64,000 nt of DNA from an uncultured Acidobacteriota bacterium (lineage in GTDB: Bacteria > Acidobacteriota > Terriglobia > Terriglobales > Acidobacteriaceae): positions 42,292 through 106,291 of the forward strand of contig CAVSQE010000019.1 in NCBI GenBank assembly GCA_963729915.1, read 5' to 3'. A program made the position numbers and the translations under genes. Below the pieces are notes generated by a model. That model had not been told where the DNA came from. It saw only the letters and a program-made list of their open reading frames with translations, and ran no database searches. Numbering within the stretch: the stretch's first letter is position 1; each line of letters begins with the position of its first letter. Of this stretch, positions 9,493 to 18,885 are shown in pieces.

Positions 9493-10131
9493 ATGTTTCA
9501 GCCAAGGTTCCCCGCCCGCATGGAATCGGGATACGGGGGAAAGGAATGCACGCTTCCAGCAAAAACCATGACGCAAGATGCTCGAGCCGCGGCAGCCAGC
9601 CGCAAAAAGAATGCGACCCCGGCCGCAAAATCCGACGGTCATACCCGTGCCAAGGCGAGTCCGGTCTTTCAGCACTATGAGGCCGCCGTAATGCTGCTGC
9701 AGCAGGGGAAGTATGAGAAGGCGCTGACCGCCCTGGAGAAGTTGCTGCCGGAAGCGCCGCCGGAAATCAAGGACCGCTGCCGGATGTACATCAGCACCTG
9801 CCAGCGCCAACTACACGGTCGCGGGCGCTCGTTCCCTACTCCGGAAGAGCACTACGACTACGCGATCTCGTTGCTGAACACCGGGTACTACGAGGAATCG
9901 CGGGAGCAGTTGAACCAGATTCTCAACGACCACCCCGGCGCCGACTACGCCTTTTACGGGCTGGCGGTGCTGGAAGCCATTACCGGCCGCGCCCAGGACT
10001 GCCTCTCCAGTCTGGCACGGGCCATTGAACTGAACCCCAAGAGTCGGGTGCAAGCGCGCGTCGATAATGACTTCCAGAACATGGCAGACGATCCGCGCTT
10101 TACCGAGTTGCTTTACCCTGAGGTTCCGTAG
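9493..10131 (+). CDS. TPR-repeat protein (start uncertain; ATG at 9568 also possible)
   Basis: TPR-like helices (YEAAVMLLQQGKYEKALTALEKLL; YDYAISLLNTGYYEESREQLNQIL; AFYGLAVLEAITGRAQDCLSSLARAIELNP). Confidence 0.6.
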   Translation: MFQPRFPARMESGYGGKECTLPAKTMTQDARAAAASRKKNATPAAKSDGHTRAKASPVFQHYEAAVMLLQQGKYEKALTALEKLLPEAPPEIKDRCRMYISTCQRQLHGRGRSFPTPEEHYDYAISLLNTGYYEESREQLNQILNDHPGADYAFYGLAVLEAITGRAQDCLSSLARAIELNPKSRVQARVDNDFQNMADDPRFTELLYPEVP

Positions 10132-10150
10132 GTCCTCTGTATTGAATTCA

Positions 10151-11227
10151 GTGAAACCCGCAAACGATGAACCAGCGCAGGCGCCGGAGCGCGAGTCTGC
10201 GGCGGCGACGGCACTGCGGGCACTGCGCGTGGTCGCCATTGGCGGCGGCACGGGACTCTCCACGCTGTTGCGCGGATTGCGCCGGCACGTTCCCGCCCCC
10301 GGAAAGAGCGCCACCGCGGCGAACGCTATCGCTGACCTTGCCGCCGTGGTGACCGTGACCGACGACGGCGGCTCCTCGGGACGGCTGCGGCAGGACTTCA
10401 ACATGCTTCCACCCGGCGACCTGCGCAACTGCATGGTTGCCCTCAGCGAAGAAGAGGACCTGCTGACGCAACTCTTCTCGCACCGCTTTCGCGCCGGCAA
10501 CGGTTTAAAGGGGCACAGCTTCGGAAATCTGTTTGTGGCTGCGCTCACGGAGATCACGGGCGATTTTGCCCAGGCAGTGCAATTGGCGTCAAAGATCCTG
10601 GCCACGCGGGGACACATTTATCCGGCGACGACGGCCAACACAACGCTGGTAGCCAACATGGACGATGGCTCGATTGTGCGCGGCGAAACCAATATCACTG
10701 CAAGCAAGCGGCGCATCGTGGAACTGACGCTCGATCCGCCCAATCCCACGCCCCTGCCGGAGACGCTGGAGGCAATTGAGCGCGCGGAGCTGATTACGGT
10801 GGGCCCCGGCTCACTGTATACGTCGCTGATTACGAACCTGCTTGTGGACGGCATCCCCGAGACGCTGGGCGAGGCGCACGGCGTGCGCGTGTTTATTTGC
10901 AATCTGATGACGCAGGCCAATGAGAGCCTGGGGTTGAGCGCCGCTGATCACATCCAGCGCATTTACGACCACACGCGCAGACCGATCTTCGATTTTGCGG
11001 TCGTCAACACGGGGGAATTTTCGCCAGACACTCTGGCCCGTTACGCTGCCCAGGGCGCGACGCCGATCGTGCCCGACGTCAAGCGCATTGAAGCGCTGGG
11101 CGTACGCTGCATTGCCGGGGATTTTGCCAGTGAAGAGATTCTAGTGCGCCACACGGCCAGCCGCCTGGCGGACGTGGTGCTGGAACTGGCGCAGACCCGT
11201 GCCGGATCATCACAAAATCCTCAATAA
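10151..11227 (+). CDS. YvcK/CofD-family gluconeogenesis factor (UPF0052)
   Basis: VVAIGGGTGLSTLLRGLR and VTVTDDGGSSGRLR motifs. GTG at 10151 avoids overlap with the upstream gene; the ORF track start at 10067 is likely too long. Confidence 0.85.
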   Translation: MKPANDEPAQAPERESAAATALRALRVVAIGGGTGLSTLLRGLRRHVPAPGKSATAANAIADLAAVVTVTDDGGSSGRLRQDFNMLPPGDLRNCMVALSEEEDLLTQLFSHRFRAGNGLKGHSFGNLFVAALTEITGDFAQAVQLASKILATRGHIYPATTANTTLVANMDDGSIVRGETNITASKRRIVELTLDPPNPTPLPETLEAIERAELITVGPGSLYTSLITNLLVDGIPETLGEAHGVRVFICNLMTQANESLGLSAADHIQRIYDHTRRPIFDFAVVNTGEFSPDTLARYAAQGATPIVPDVKRIEALGVRCIAGDFASEEILVRHTASRLADVVLELAQTRAGSSQNPQ

Positions 11228-11305
11228 AAAAATCTTTTCAGGCGTAGACCGCCCGGGGTAGAGTCGAAGTGCGCGCTTGCCCTCCCTGCGCGACGAGGAG
11301 GATTT

Positions 11306-11845
11306 ATGAACAAGACCCGAGTTTGGACGATTGTCGGTTGTTGCGGCCTTGCGCTCGCCGTGTTGGCGTGGGGTCAATCGAAACAGAAGCCGGGCCTGTG
11401 GGAGACCACAACCCAGATGAGTATGGCCGGCATGCCGCAGATGCCGCAATTGCCGCCGGGCACACAGTTGCCACCGGGAGTGCAGATGCCTGCCTCTCCA
11501 TTTGCTCCGCACACCAGTGAGGTTTGCGTCACCCAGGCCATGATCGACAAATACGGAAGCCCGTATTCCAATCCGCAGCGCGGCGATTGCCAGGTAACGG
11601 ACATCGTGATGAAGCCGGACGGCATGACGGCGAAGATCGTTTGTACCGGCCAGATGAATGCGACGGGCACCGTGCAGACGACGTTTGTCAACTCCAATAC
11701 GACCAAGACAAACGTGCACATAACGGGAACCATGCAGATGGGATCGAACAGCCGGCCCATGGACATGACCATGCAGTCGACCTCTACCTACAAAGGCCCG
11801 GACTGCGGCAGCGTGCAGCCGTTGCCCATGCCCCCAAGCAAATAA
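11306..11845 (+). CDS. DUF3617-family secreted protein
   Basis: Signal peptide, then PGLWETTTQM... and conserved Cys pattern. RBS gaggagg lies upstream of the ATG. Confidence 0.6.
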   Translation: MNKTRVWTIVGCCGLALAVLAWGQSKQKPGLWETTTQMSMAGMPQMPQLPPGTQLPPGVQMPASPFAPHTSEVCVTQAMIDKYGSPYSNPQRGDCQVTDIVMKPDGMTAKIVCTGQMNATGTVQTTFVNSNTTKTNVHITGTMQMGSNSRPMDMTMQSTSTYKGPDCGSVQPLPMPPSK

Positions 11846-11873
11846 GGGAACTCGCGGGCGCTGCGTGACGGGT

Positions 11874-13037
11874 TTATGCCTCGACGGTGCGCTTGAGCTG
11901 GCCGCAGGCGGCGAAGATGTCGCGGCCGCGCGGCTGGCGAATATAGGCGGGGATTCCCTCTTCCATGAGGAGCCCCTGGAACTGCTCCGCAGTCTCGGGT
12001 TTTGGAGTTGCGTAGGGGATATCCGGCCCGGGATTCCAGGCGATCAGGTTCACCTTTGCGGGAAGGCCGGAGTGGCGCACGAGGCGCGCGACCTCGCGGG
12101 CGTGTTCCGGCTGATCGGTGACGCCACCCAGCAGCACGTATTCGAAGGTGATGCGCTCGCGGGGACGCAGCGGGACCTGACGCACCGCGTCGATCACTGC
12201 GGCGATCGGCCACTTGTGGTTGATGGGCATGATTTCAGTGCGGACCGCATCGTTGGGCGCGTTGAGGCTGATGGCGAGCTTGGGGCGCACGTCGAGCGGT
12301 TCTTTTGCGAATTTTTCGATCCCGGGAACGATGCCGGAGGTGGAGACGGTCATACGCCGAGGGCTGAGGCCGACCTCGTGGACCAGCAAGCGCACCGCAA
12401 CCATGAAGTTGTCATAGTTGAGGAACGGCTCGCCCATGCCCATGAAGACCAGATTCACGCGATCGCGGCCGACGCGAACGGCCTGACGATCGAGGACCGT
12501 GACGACCTGGCCTGCGATTTCGCCCGCGGTGAGATTGCGCTGCAGGCCGAGTTTCGCGGTAAGGCAGAACTGGCAGTTGACGGCGCAACCGATCTGCGAG
12601 GAGATGCAGATGGTAGCGCGGGACCAATCCTTTTCGCCGGGGCCAATTTCGTCGCCGACCTCGCCATCGTCACCCGCCGGCATCCACACGGTTTCCGCCG
12701 TTTCACCCTTTGGACGAGAGCCTTCGAATTCGACCAGGTAGCGCTCGGTGCCGTCGGAAGACTGGAAGGCGCGAGCGATGGCCGGACGGCCGATTTGCCA
12801 GCCTTCGGCGGTTAGTTTTGTGCGCAAAGGCGCGGGCAAAGTAGTGATTTCATGAATTTCTCTAAGCCACTGACGATACATGGCTTCAGCAATCTGATTG
12901 CCCCGGAACGCGGGCTCGCCAGCTGCGGCCAGAAGCCCGGAGAGAGATTCCGCATCTAATCCAAACAGGGGCTCCCTGAGGCCACCGGACGCACGGTTCA
13001 CGTCTAAAGAAACGAGTTGGGCTGATTTTTCGCGCAT
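11874..13037 (-). CDS. rlmN: 23S rRNA/tRNA (adenine-C2)-methyltransferase RlmN, radical SAM
   Basis: CAVNCQFC radical-SAM cluster motif, GMGEPFLNYDN, C-terminal ACGQL. Confidence 0.9.
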   Translation of the reverse strand: MREKSAQLVSLDVNRASGGLREPLFGLDAESLSGLLAAAGEPAFRGNQIAEAMYRQWLREIHEITTLPAPLRTKLTAEGWQIGRPAIARAFQSSDGTERYLVEFEGSRPKGETAETVWMPAGDDGEVGDEIGPGEKDWSRATICISSQIGCAVNCQFCLTAKLGLQRNLTAGEIAGQVVTVLDRQAVRVGRDRVNLVFMGMGEPFLNYDNFMVAVRLLVHEVGLSPRRMTVSTSGIVPGIEKFAKEPLDVRPKLAISLNAPNDAVRTEIMPINHKWPIAAVIDAVRQVPLRPRERITFEYVLLGGVTDQPEHAREVARLVRHSGLPAKVNLIAWNPGPDIPYATPKPETAEQFQGLLMEEGIPAYIRQPRGRDIFAACGQLKRTVEA

Positions 13038-13163
13038 GACAGGGCTCAGCTTTCAGTATCTTAGCTTTTCCTGAGGGGCTCTGGATTCGAACCATCCGCC
13101 CTCCCCGTTGTCGAGCGTGGCTGCCGGCTTATTGGAATTGGCCTACAATCGAGTTTCGAACTG

Positions 13164-14456
13164 GTGCCGATGAATACTGAGAGAAATCTTCGCCGTACCG
13201 TATTGCCGAACGGCCTGATCGTCCTGACCGAGCGCATGGACCACCTGCACTCCGTGGCCATGGGCATCTGGATCAAGTCTGGCTCGCGGTGCGAAACCCC
13301 GGAGATCAACGGCATCTCGCACTTTGTGGAGCACATGCTCTTCAAAGGCACGCGTTCGCGCTCGGCGCAACGCATTGCCCGCGAGATGGATTCGATTGGC
13401 GGCAACCTGGACGCTTTTACCAGCAAGGAAACCATCTGCTTCAACGTGAAGTCGCTGGCGGGCCATGTGCCCATTGCGCTGGACGTGCTGAGCGATATGG
13501 TGCTGAATCCTACCTTTGCCCTGCCCGATATTGAGCGCGAGCGCGGGGTGATTCTGGAAGAGATCAAGATCGACGAGGACAATCCCGACGTGCTGGTGCA
13601 CGAGCTGTTTACGCAGAGCTTCTGGAAGGGGCATCCGTTGGGCAAGCCGATCCTTGGCACCACGGACACTGTGGCGCGCCTGGGCCAGCAGCAGCTCTTC
13701 GCGTACCACGGCGACCGTTTTCACGGGGGGAACATGGTGTTCTCCGCGGCCGGGAACCTGGACCACGATCAATTTACCGCGGCCGTAGCGGAAAAGTTCT
13801 CGGCACTGGCCATCGGCAATCCATTGCAAGAGCTTTCAGCGCCTGAGCCAAGTGCCCGCATTACTCTGCGCAACAAGAAAGCGCTGGAACAGGTGCAGAT
13901 CTGCCTGGGCGTGCCGGCGCCGCCAATTACTGACGAAAACCGCTACGCGACGACGATCCTGAACACAGTGCTGGGCGGCGGCATGAGTTCACGGCTCTTC
14001 CAGACCATCCGCGAGGAGCGTGGGCTGGCCTACTCGATTTATTCCGACCTGAGTCCTTATCGCGACACCGGAAATCTTTGCGTGTATGCGGGCACATCGG
14101 CCAACAAGGCGCTGGAAGTGGTGGACCTGATTCTGGCGGAGTTCCGCAGCCTGAAGCAGGAGCCGGTCAGCGCCGAAGAGCTGACGCGCGCCAAGGACCA
14201 GGTAAAAGGCAACATTCTCATGGGAATGGAAAGCTCCAACTCGCGCATGGCCAACCTGGCGCGGCAGGAGATGTACTTCCACAAGTTCTACTCGGCGGAC
14301 GAGATTATTAAGCACGTGGATGAGGTGGAAGCGGAGCACGTGCAGGCGATGGCGCAGCGGCTCTTCATCCCCGAGAGCATTGCAGTAACGCTGCTGGGGC
14401 GGCTGGACGGGGTGAAGCTGAACCGGACCGACTGGCGTGTTGAAGAAAGCCTCTAA
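13164..14456 (+). CDS. M16-family (pitrilysin/insulinase-like) zinc peptidase
   Basis: HFVEHMLFKGT (HxxEH inverted zinc motif) and M16 N- and C-domain organisation. Confidence 0.85.
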   Translation: MPMNTERNLRRTVLPNGLIVLTERMDHLHSVAMGIWIKSGSRCETPEINGISHFVEHMLFKGTRSRSAQRIAREMDSIGGNLDAFTSKETICFNVKSLAGHVPIALDVLSDMVLNPTFALPDIERERGVILEEIKIDEDNPDVLVHELFTQSFWKGHPLGKPILGTTDTVARLGQQQLFAYHGDRFHGGNMVFSAAGNLDHDQFTAAVAEKFSALAIGNPLQELSAPEPSARITLRNKKALEQVQICLGVPAPPITDENRYATTILNTVLGGGMSSRLFQTIREERGLAYSIYSDLSPYRDTGNLCVYAGTSANKALEVVDLILAEFRSLKQEPVSAEELTRAKDQVKGNILMGMESSNSRMANLARQEMYFHKFYSADEIIKHVDEVEAEHVQAMAQRLFIPESIAVTLLGRLDGVKLNRTDWRVEESL

Positions 14457-14557
14457 CTGCCTTTCGAGCGATTCATTTCCCTTTCCCGTCTGTACGTTGT
14501 AGCATTTTCTCGGACGGGCCTGGAGTTGCGGGCCTGCTCGAAGGGACTGGAATCGCA

Positions 14558-15102
14558 ATGAGTCACAAGACTTTGCCTGCTTTCTTTCGTCGCTCGCGGC
14601 GCGCCGCAGCGCCCAACGGTTTTACCTTGATGGAATTGCTGATCGTGATGGCCATCATCATTGATCCTGATCCTCCTGTGCGATGAAGAGCCATCCCAGC
14701 TCATATGAAGCACGCGCCACGAGCTGCGGCGAACAATACAATCCGCGTGATTACATCGAGACCGCTGAGATCACTACGAAGCGACTTATCCAGCCAACGG
14801 CTATGCCTGCGAGCTGAAACGTTCTTGGCGGCGATCCGGGTGCCGGGGTTGCCCACGCCTACGCGGCTCACGTTATTTCGCCAACATCTGGCGCGTCGGA
14901 GCTAAAACGGGCTATGTCTATTCACATCGTGAATTGGATAAGGCCGCAGTGAACGGAACGGAGCGATTTCCGGTTATCAGCTCACCGCGTTGCCGGCGAC
15001 ACCGGGTAAACGGGCGACATAGGCTTTTGCATCGACGGGTATGGCGGCGATCTCAAGCAGGATCCCACGGGCGGGGCGAACTGCACGCAACCGCTGCAAT
15101 GA
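14558..15102 (+). pseudogene. Type IV pilin / pseudopilin-like gene (prepilin N-terminal methylation domain), disrupted by an in-frame stop and multiple frameshifts
   Basis: N-terminus MSHKTLPAFFRRSRRAAAPNGFTLMELLIVMAII, then TGA at 14684. Pilin-like pieces continue in changing frames: AIPAHMK..AANNTIR / DYIETAEIT / YEATYPANGYACELK / LGGDPGAGV.. / GAKTGYVYS..DKAAVNGTERF / GYQLTALPATPGK / TGDIGFCIDGYGGDLKQDPTGGANCTQPLQ*. Confidence 0.7.
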
Positions 15103-15111
15103 GACCCCGTA

Positions 15112-15819
15112 TTGCTGGTCTCCAGACCGGCTGTGGTGCGCGTCTCCCCGCGCATTTGCCGATTGTCATCGCTGGAGTCAGGCTGTGCTAGCTGGCGCTT
15201 GCCAGCGCAATCTCATCCCCCGCGCAACCCCCCGCTCGTCACCGCTCTCGAACTCGCCGCACGCGTTGACCGCCATTACGACCAATTGCACTCGCTCAAG
15301 GCCGGGTTCCGCGAGGACTATGCCGGAATGGGCATGACGCGCACGGAGAGCGGCACACTTTTTCTGCGCAAGCCGGGACGCATGCTGTGGCAGTACAGCA
15401 CACCGGCGGGCAAGATCTTTCTGCTCGACGGCAAATACGGCTGGCTCTACACCAAGGGCGATGCGCAGATACAGCGAATCCCGGCCAAAGAGCTGGACGA
15501 TCTGCGTTCGCCGCTGCGTTTTCTGTTAGGACACACGGAGTTGGAAAAGGAATTGACCGGGCTAAAGCTGGAAGGAGCTTCCAACGGTCTTTACACACTC
15601 AGCGGTTTGCCCAAGGGCCAGGAGAATCATGTGACGCGGCTGGAACTGACGGTGACCGCTGCGGGCGCAATCACGACCCTGGAAATGCAAGAGGTGGACG
15701 GCGCGATCACGCGCTTCACCTTTACAGGCGAGCAGCCCGATGCAACGATTCCGGCGGAGATGTTCCACTTTACGCCGCCGGCAGGCGTGCCGGTAGTGGA
15801 TACGATGCCGCCGGTGTAG
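15112..15819 (+). CDS. LolA-like outer-membrane lipoprotein carrier protein (N-terminal leader apparently damaged)
   Basis: LolA-type core: SGTLFLRKPGRMLWQYSTPAGKIFLLDGKYGWLYTKGD...LRFLLG...ITRFTFTGEQ. The TTG-start ORF lacks a signal peptide. A signal-peptide-like ORF in another frame (ATG 15099) ends at TAG 15189. Confidence 0.7.
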   Translation: MLVSRPAVVRVSPRICRLSSLESGCASWRLPAQSHPPRNPPLVTALELAARVDRHYDQLHSLKAGFREDYAGMGMTRTESGTLFLRKPGRMLWQYSTPAGKIFLLDGKYGWLYTKGDAQIQRIPAKELDDLRSPLRFLLGHTELEKELTGLKLEGASNGLYTLSGLPKGQENHVTRLELTVTAAGAITTLEMQEVDGAITRFTFTGEQPDATIPAEMFHFTPPAGVPVVDTMPPV

Positions 15820-16086
15820 ACAGAGGTCAGGGGTCAGAGGCCTGGGATCAGTTTTCGTGCCGCGTGGACTCTGTGCCCGCCCCGACCGTTCGATCAAAAC
15901 CGGCGGCATCGGATTGAGTCTGGCCTGGCGGCCTGCTTCGTTCCAACCCATTCGAGGTTCGTCACCTGCCATGGTGATTGGGCGCACTGACGCGCTCTTC
16001 GTGAAGACTATCCTTCGGTTGTCTCAAATCGGGTCCCCGTTCAGTGATGGGCAGTGAAAGCATCGCGTCCCAACGAGGAGACTGCA

Positions 16087-16599
16087 ATGAAAAAGACAAG
16101 TTACCTGCTGCTGGCGCTGCTGCCGCTTACCCTGGCGCTGCCGGCGCGGGGTGAGACCTACAAGACCCGTTATCCCGACCCATGCAACGTGATGTGGAGC
16201 GCGGTTAAAGACGCGCTCAGCAATCAGCAGAACTACAACGTGAAGAAGGTTGACAACGCGCAAATGTCGTCCGACTACCAGCCCAAGCACGAAGTGCACT
16301 TCGACGTTTCAGGCGTGGCCCTGCAGCGGGAGAACCATGTGCGGCTGGCGGCAAGGGGCTCGGGCTGCGAGATGCAGGTGGTGTCAAACTACAGCGGCTG
16401 GGGGCACAACGACGAAGGCGACTTCAAGAAACGCGTGGAGGAGTCGCTCAAAAAGATCAAGGGCGGAGCGACGCCCGCGGAGCCTGTGGTGGTTGCGGCA
16501 TCCCCTACGGACGCCAATCCCGCCGAGCCCCCCGGGGCAAAATCGACTACGAGTACGCTCGAACCTGGGGCGGACACGCCCGCGAGCAAATCCCACTAA
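16087..16599 (+). CDS. Secreted hypothetical protein
   Basis: ATG at 16087 preceded by gaggag. Signal peptide MKKTSYLLLALLPLTLALPARG. No recognised domain. Confidence 0.5.
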   Translation: MKKTSYLLLALLPLTLALPARGETYKTRYPDPCNVMWSAVKDALSNQQNYNVKKVDNAQMSSDYQPKHEVHFDVSGVALQRENHVRLAARGSGCEMQVVSNYSGWGHNDEGDFKKRVEESLKKIKGGATPAEPVVVAASPTDANPAEPPGAKSTTSTLEPGADTPASKSH

Positions 16600-16609
16600 A
16601 TGCAAAACG

Positions 16610-16644
16610 CCGCAGCAGGGCCAATGAATGCGCCTCTGCTGCGG
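16610..16644. terminator. Hairpin between convergent genes (possible bidirectional terminator)
   Basis: Perfect 9-bp stem CCGCAGCAG/CTGCTGCGG with a 17-nt loop, flanked by an A-run on the left. No strong T-run. Confidence 0.45.
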
Positions 16645-16698
16645 TACTTGCGATGTGTGTCTAACGAATCAATCGGCGCCGAGTGAAGATCCGCCGCG

Positions 16699-17010
16699 TT
16701 ACTTGCCGGGCTTGGCGGGAGCGCTGACTGGAGCAGACTGTGTGCCTTCAGTCACGGAGTGCGAGCCGGTGGAGCGCACAAAGAGAATCACGAGGCTGAT
16801 GGACGTGCACATGAAGATGATGGCCGCCCAGGTGGTGAGGCGGGTTAGCACGTTGGCCGCGGCTCGCGGGCCAAAGGCGGTTTGCGAACCCTGGCCGCCG
16901 AAGGCGCCGGCAAGATCGGCCGAACGGCCCTGCTGCAGCAGGACGACGCCAATCAGGAAGAAACACACGATCACGTGCAGGACAATTACAAAGTAGAAGA
17001 GAATCTGCAT
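16699..17010 (-). CDS. secG: Preprotein translocase subunit SecG
   Basis: MQILFYFVIVLHVIVCFFLIGVVLLQQGRSADLAGAFGGQGSQTAFG... is the typical SecG sequence. The ORF track extension to 17133 runs into the tRNA. Confidence 0.85.
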   Translation of the reverse strand: MQILFYFVIVLHVIVCFFLIGVVLLQQGRSADLAGAFGGQGSQTAFGPRAAANVLTRLTTWAAIIFMCTSISLVILFVRSTGSHSVTEGTQSAPVSAPAKPGK

Positions 17011-17079
17011 TCTTGGCTGCTTTCCAATTCGATCCGGCGATGAGGGTATGGGTTGCGCCGGCCCGGGTGCGAGAATCTT

Positions 17080-17165
17080 TGGTGCGGAAGACGGGACTTG
17101 AACCCGTATGCCTTTTGGGCGCCGCCCCCTCAAGACGGTGCGTCTGCCAATTTCGCCACTTCCGC
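17080..17165 (-). tRNA. tRNA-Leu (anticodon GAG), class II with long variable arm, CCA encoded
   Basis: The reverse complement reads GCGGAAGTGGCGAAATTGGCAGACGCACCGTCTTGAGGGGGCGGCGCCCAAAAGGCATACGGGTTCAAGTCCCGTCTTCCGCACCA. Anticodon loop is TTGAGGG. Confidence 0.93.
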
Positions 17166-17271
17166 AGTTCTCTCAAGTATATCAAATGCAGAATTGCCGA
17201 AAACGACTCGGGAAACCACCGTCGGAGGGCCGCGAACGGGCCGTACCTGGGTATACACTCATCCAAAGCAT

Positions 17272-18633
17272 ATGCGCATCCATGCGTCGATATCCTTTCT
17301 TTTCGCAGTCGCTTCGACCCTGGCCTGGAGCCAGAGTGCAAGCCATCCAACTGCTTCCATGACGAAATCGAAAACACCAACTCCCGCACAGGTTCACCGC
17401 TCCGCGATCGTGATCGATACGCACGTGGACACGCCGCAACGCTTCGTCGACGAGAACTTCGACCTCGGCGATCCGCTGAAGGGCGGCAACTTTAACCCCG
17501 GCAATTTCAACCTCGACACGGCGCGTCGTGGAAACCTGGGCGCGGAGTTCTTCTCCATCTGGGTCGACCCGAATGTGTACAAGGACCACGAGGCGCGGCG
17601 CACGCTGGTACTGATCGATGCCGTGAAGCAGCAGGTGGCCAGGCACCCCGATCAGATGGAGTTTGCGACGTCGGTGGCGGGGATTGAGCAGGCACACCGC
17701 GATCACAAGCTGGCGGCGCTGATGGGGATCGAGGGCGGGCACTCCATTGAGAACTCGCTGGCTCTGCTGCGGCAGTACTACGCGCTGGGCGTGCGATATA
17801 TGACGCTGACGTGGAGCAATTCGAATGGCTGGGCCGACAGCTCTGGCGATGCCGACGACACAAGCGTGCCGCACACCAAGGAGGGCCTGAGCGAGTTCGG
17901 CAAAGATGTGGTGTACGAGATGAACCGGCTGGGCATGATGGTGGACGTCTCGCACGTTTCGGACAAGACGTTTTACCGGACGCTCAATATCTCCCGGGCG
18001 CCGGTGATTGCGTCGCACTCGTCGGCGCGAGCGCTGTGCGATGCGCCGCGCAATATGACAGACGACATGCTGCGCGCAATTGCGCTGTACGGAGGCCCGA
18101 ATTCGAAGGGCGGAGTTGTGATGGTGAACTTCTACTCCGCGTTTCTGTCGCAGGACTACCGCAACGCGCAGAAGGCCATGCAGCCGCAGGTGGACAAGGC
18201 CGTTGCCGAATTGAAGGCGAAGGCCAAGGCTGAGGGACGGGACAAGACGCCGGAAGGGCGCGCTGCCCTGCAAGACGAGATCGATAAGCTGCAGCGGTCG
18301 TACGCCGACCGGATTCCGCGGCCGCCGCTTTCGGTGCTGATCGACCACATCGACCACATTGCCAAAGTGGCAGGCGTGGATCACGTGGGATTGGGGTCGG
18401 ATTTCGATGGCATCCAGGGGCAGTTGCCGCAGGGCATCGATTCCCCGGCCGATTTGCCGAAGATCACTGCGGCGTTGATGGCGCGTGGCTACTCACCCGA
18501 GGATTGCCGGAAGATTCTAGGCGGTAATTTGCTGCGCGTCTTCCGCGAGGTGGAGCAGGTTTCGAAGCAGTTGCAGGCGGAGAATCGGCCGAGGATTACG
18601 GCGAAGCAGCCCTTCGATAAGCCAGCCAAATAG
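17272..18633 (+). CDS. Membrane dipeptidase, peptidase family M19 (secreted)
   Basis: Signal peptide from the ATG at 17272. Motifs IDTHVDTP, VDVSHVSDKTF, APVIASHSSARALCDAPRNMTDD, GLGSDFDG. Confidence 0.85.
   Translation: MRIHASISFLFAVASTLAWSQSASHPTASMTKSKTPTPAQVHRSAIVIDTHVDTPQRFVDENFDLGDPLKGGNFNPGNFNLDTARRGNLGAEFFSIWVDPNVYKDHEARRTLVLIDAVKQQVARHPDQMEFATSVAGIEQAHRDHKLAALMGIEGGHSIENSLALLRQYYALGVRYMTLTWSNSNGWADSSGDADDTSVPHTKEGLSEFGKDVVYEMNRLGMMVDVSHVSDKTFYRTLNISRAPVIASHSSARALCDAPRNMTDDMLRAIALYGGPNSKGGVVMVNFYSAFLSQDYRNAQKAMQPQVDKAVAELKAKAKAEGRDKTPEGRAALQDEIDKLQRSYADRIPRPPLSVLIDHIDHIAKVAGVDHVGLGSDFDGIQGQLPQGIDSPADLPKITAALMARGYSPEDCRKILGGNLLRVFREVEQVSKQLQAENRPRITAKQPFDKPAK
18541..18609 (+). repeat. 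Direct repeat copy 1 (inside the 3' end of the dipeptidase CDS)
   Basis: 69 nt, 56/69 identical (hand alignment) to 19455-19523. Confidence 0.8.
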
Positions 18634-18885
18634 AGTCCGGAGACCAAGATCCAGTTTGTGAGTCGCCGTTGAAGTGCCTGAGTCCTCTCGGACATTGGAC
18701 AGGCGGAGGCGGCGCAAACCTCTACCACTTTGGTCACTTCAATTCTTTGTATTTCAATGACAGTGCCCCCCCTTTTTTTTGATACTCCTTGGCACGGCGA
18801 GGAGGCGATTCCAGGCAATAACGCACTTCCCTTCGCTGACGTTTGCAATGGATCGCCCCCCGCCCAATCCCCCTGGGAGGTTTCT

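Noticed and set aside
17053-17271. N-terminal extensions of track ORFs (17053 dipeptidase, 16699-17133 secG, 25159 pfk, 50639 epimerase, 10067 yvcK, 44489 DUF2334)
   Set aside because: The extensions run through tRNA genes or neighbouring genes, or lack family-typical sequence. Internal starts with SD-like sequences fit better.
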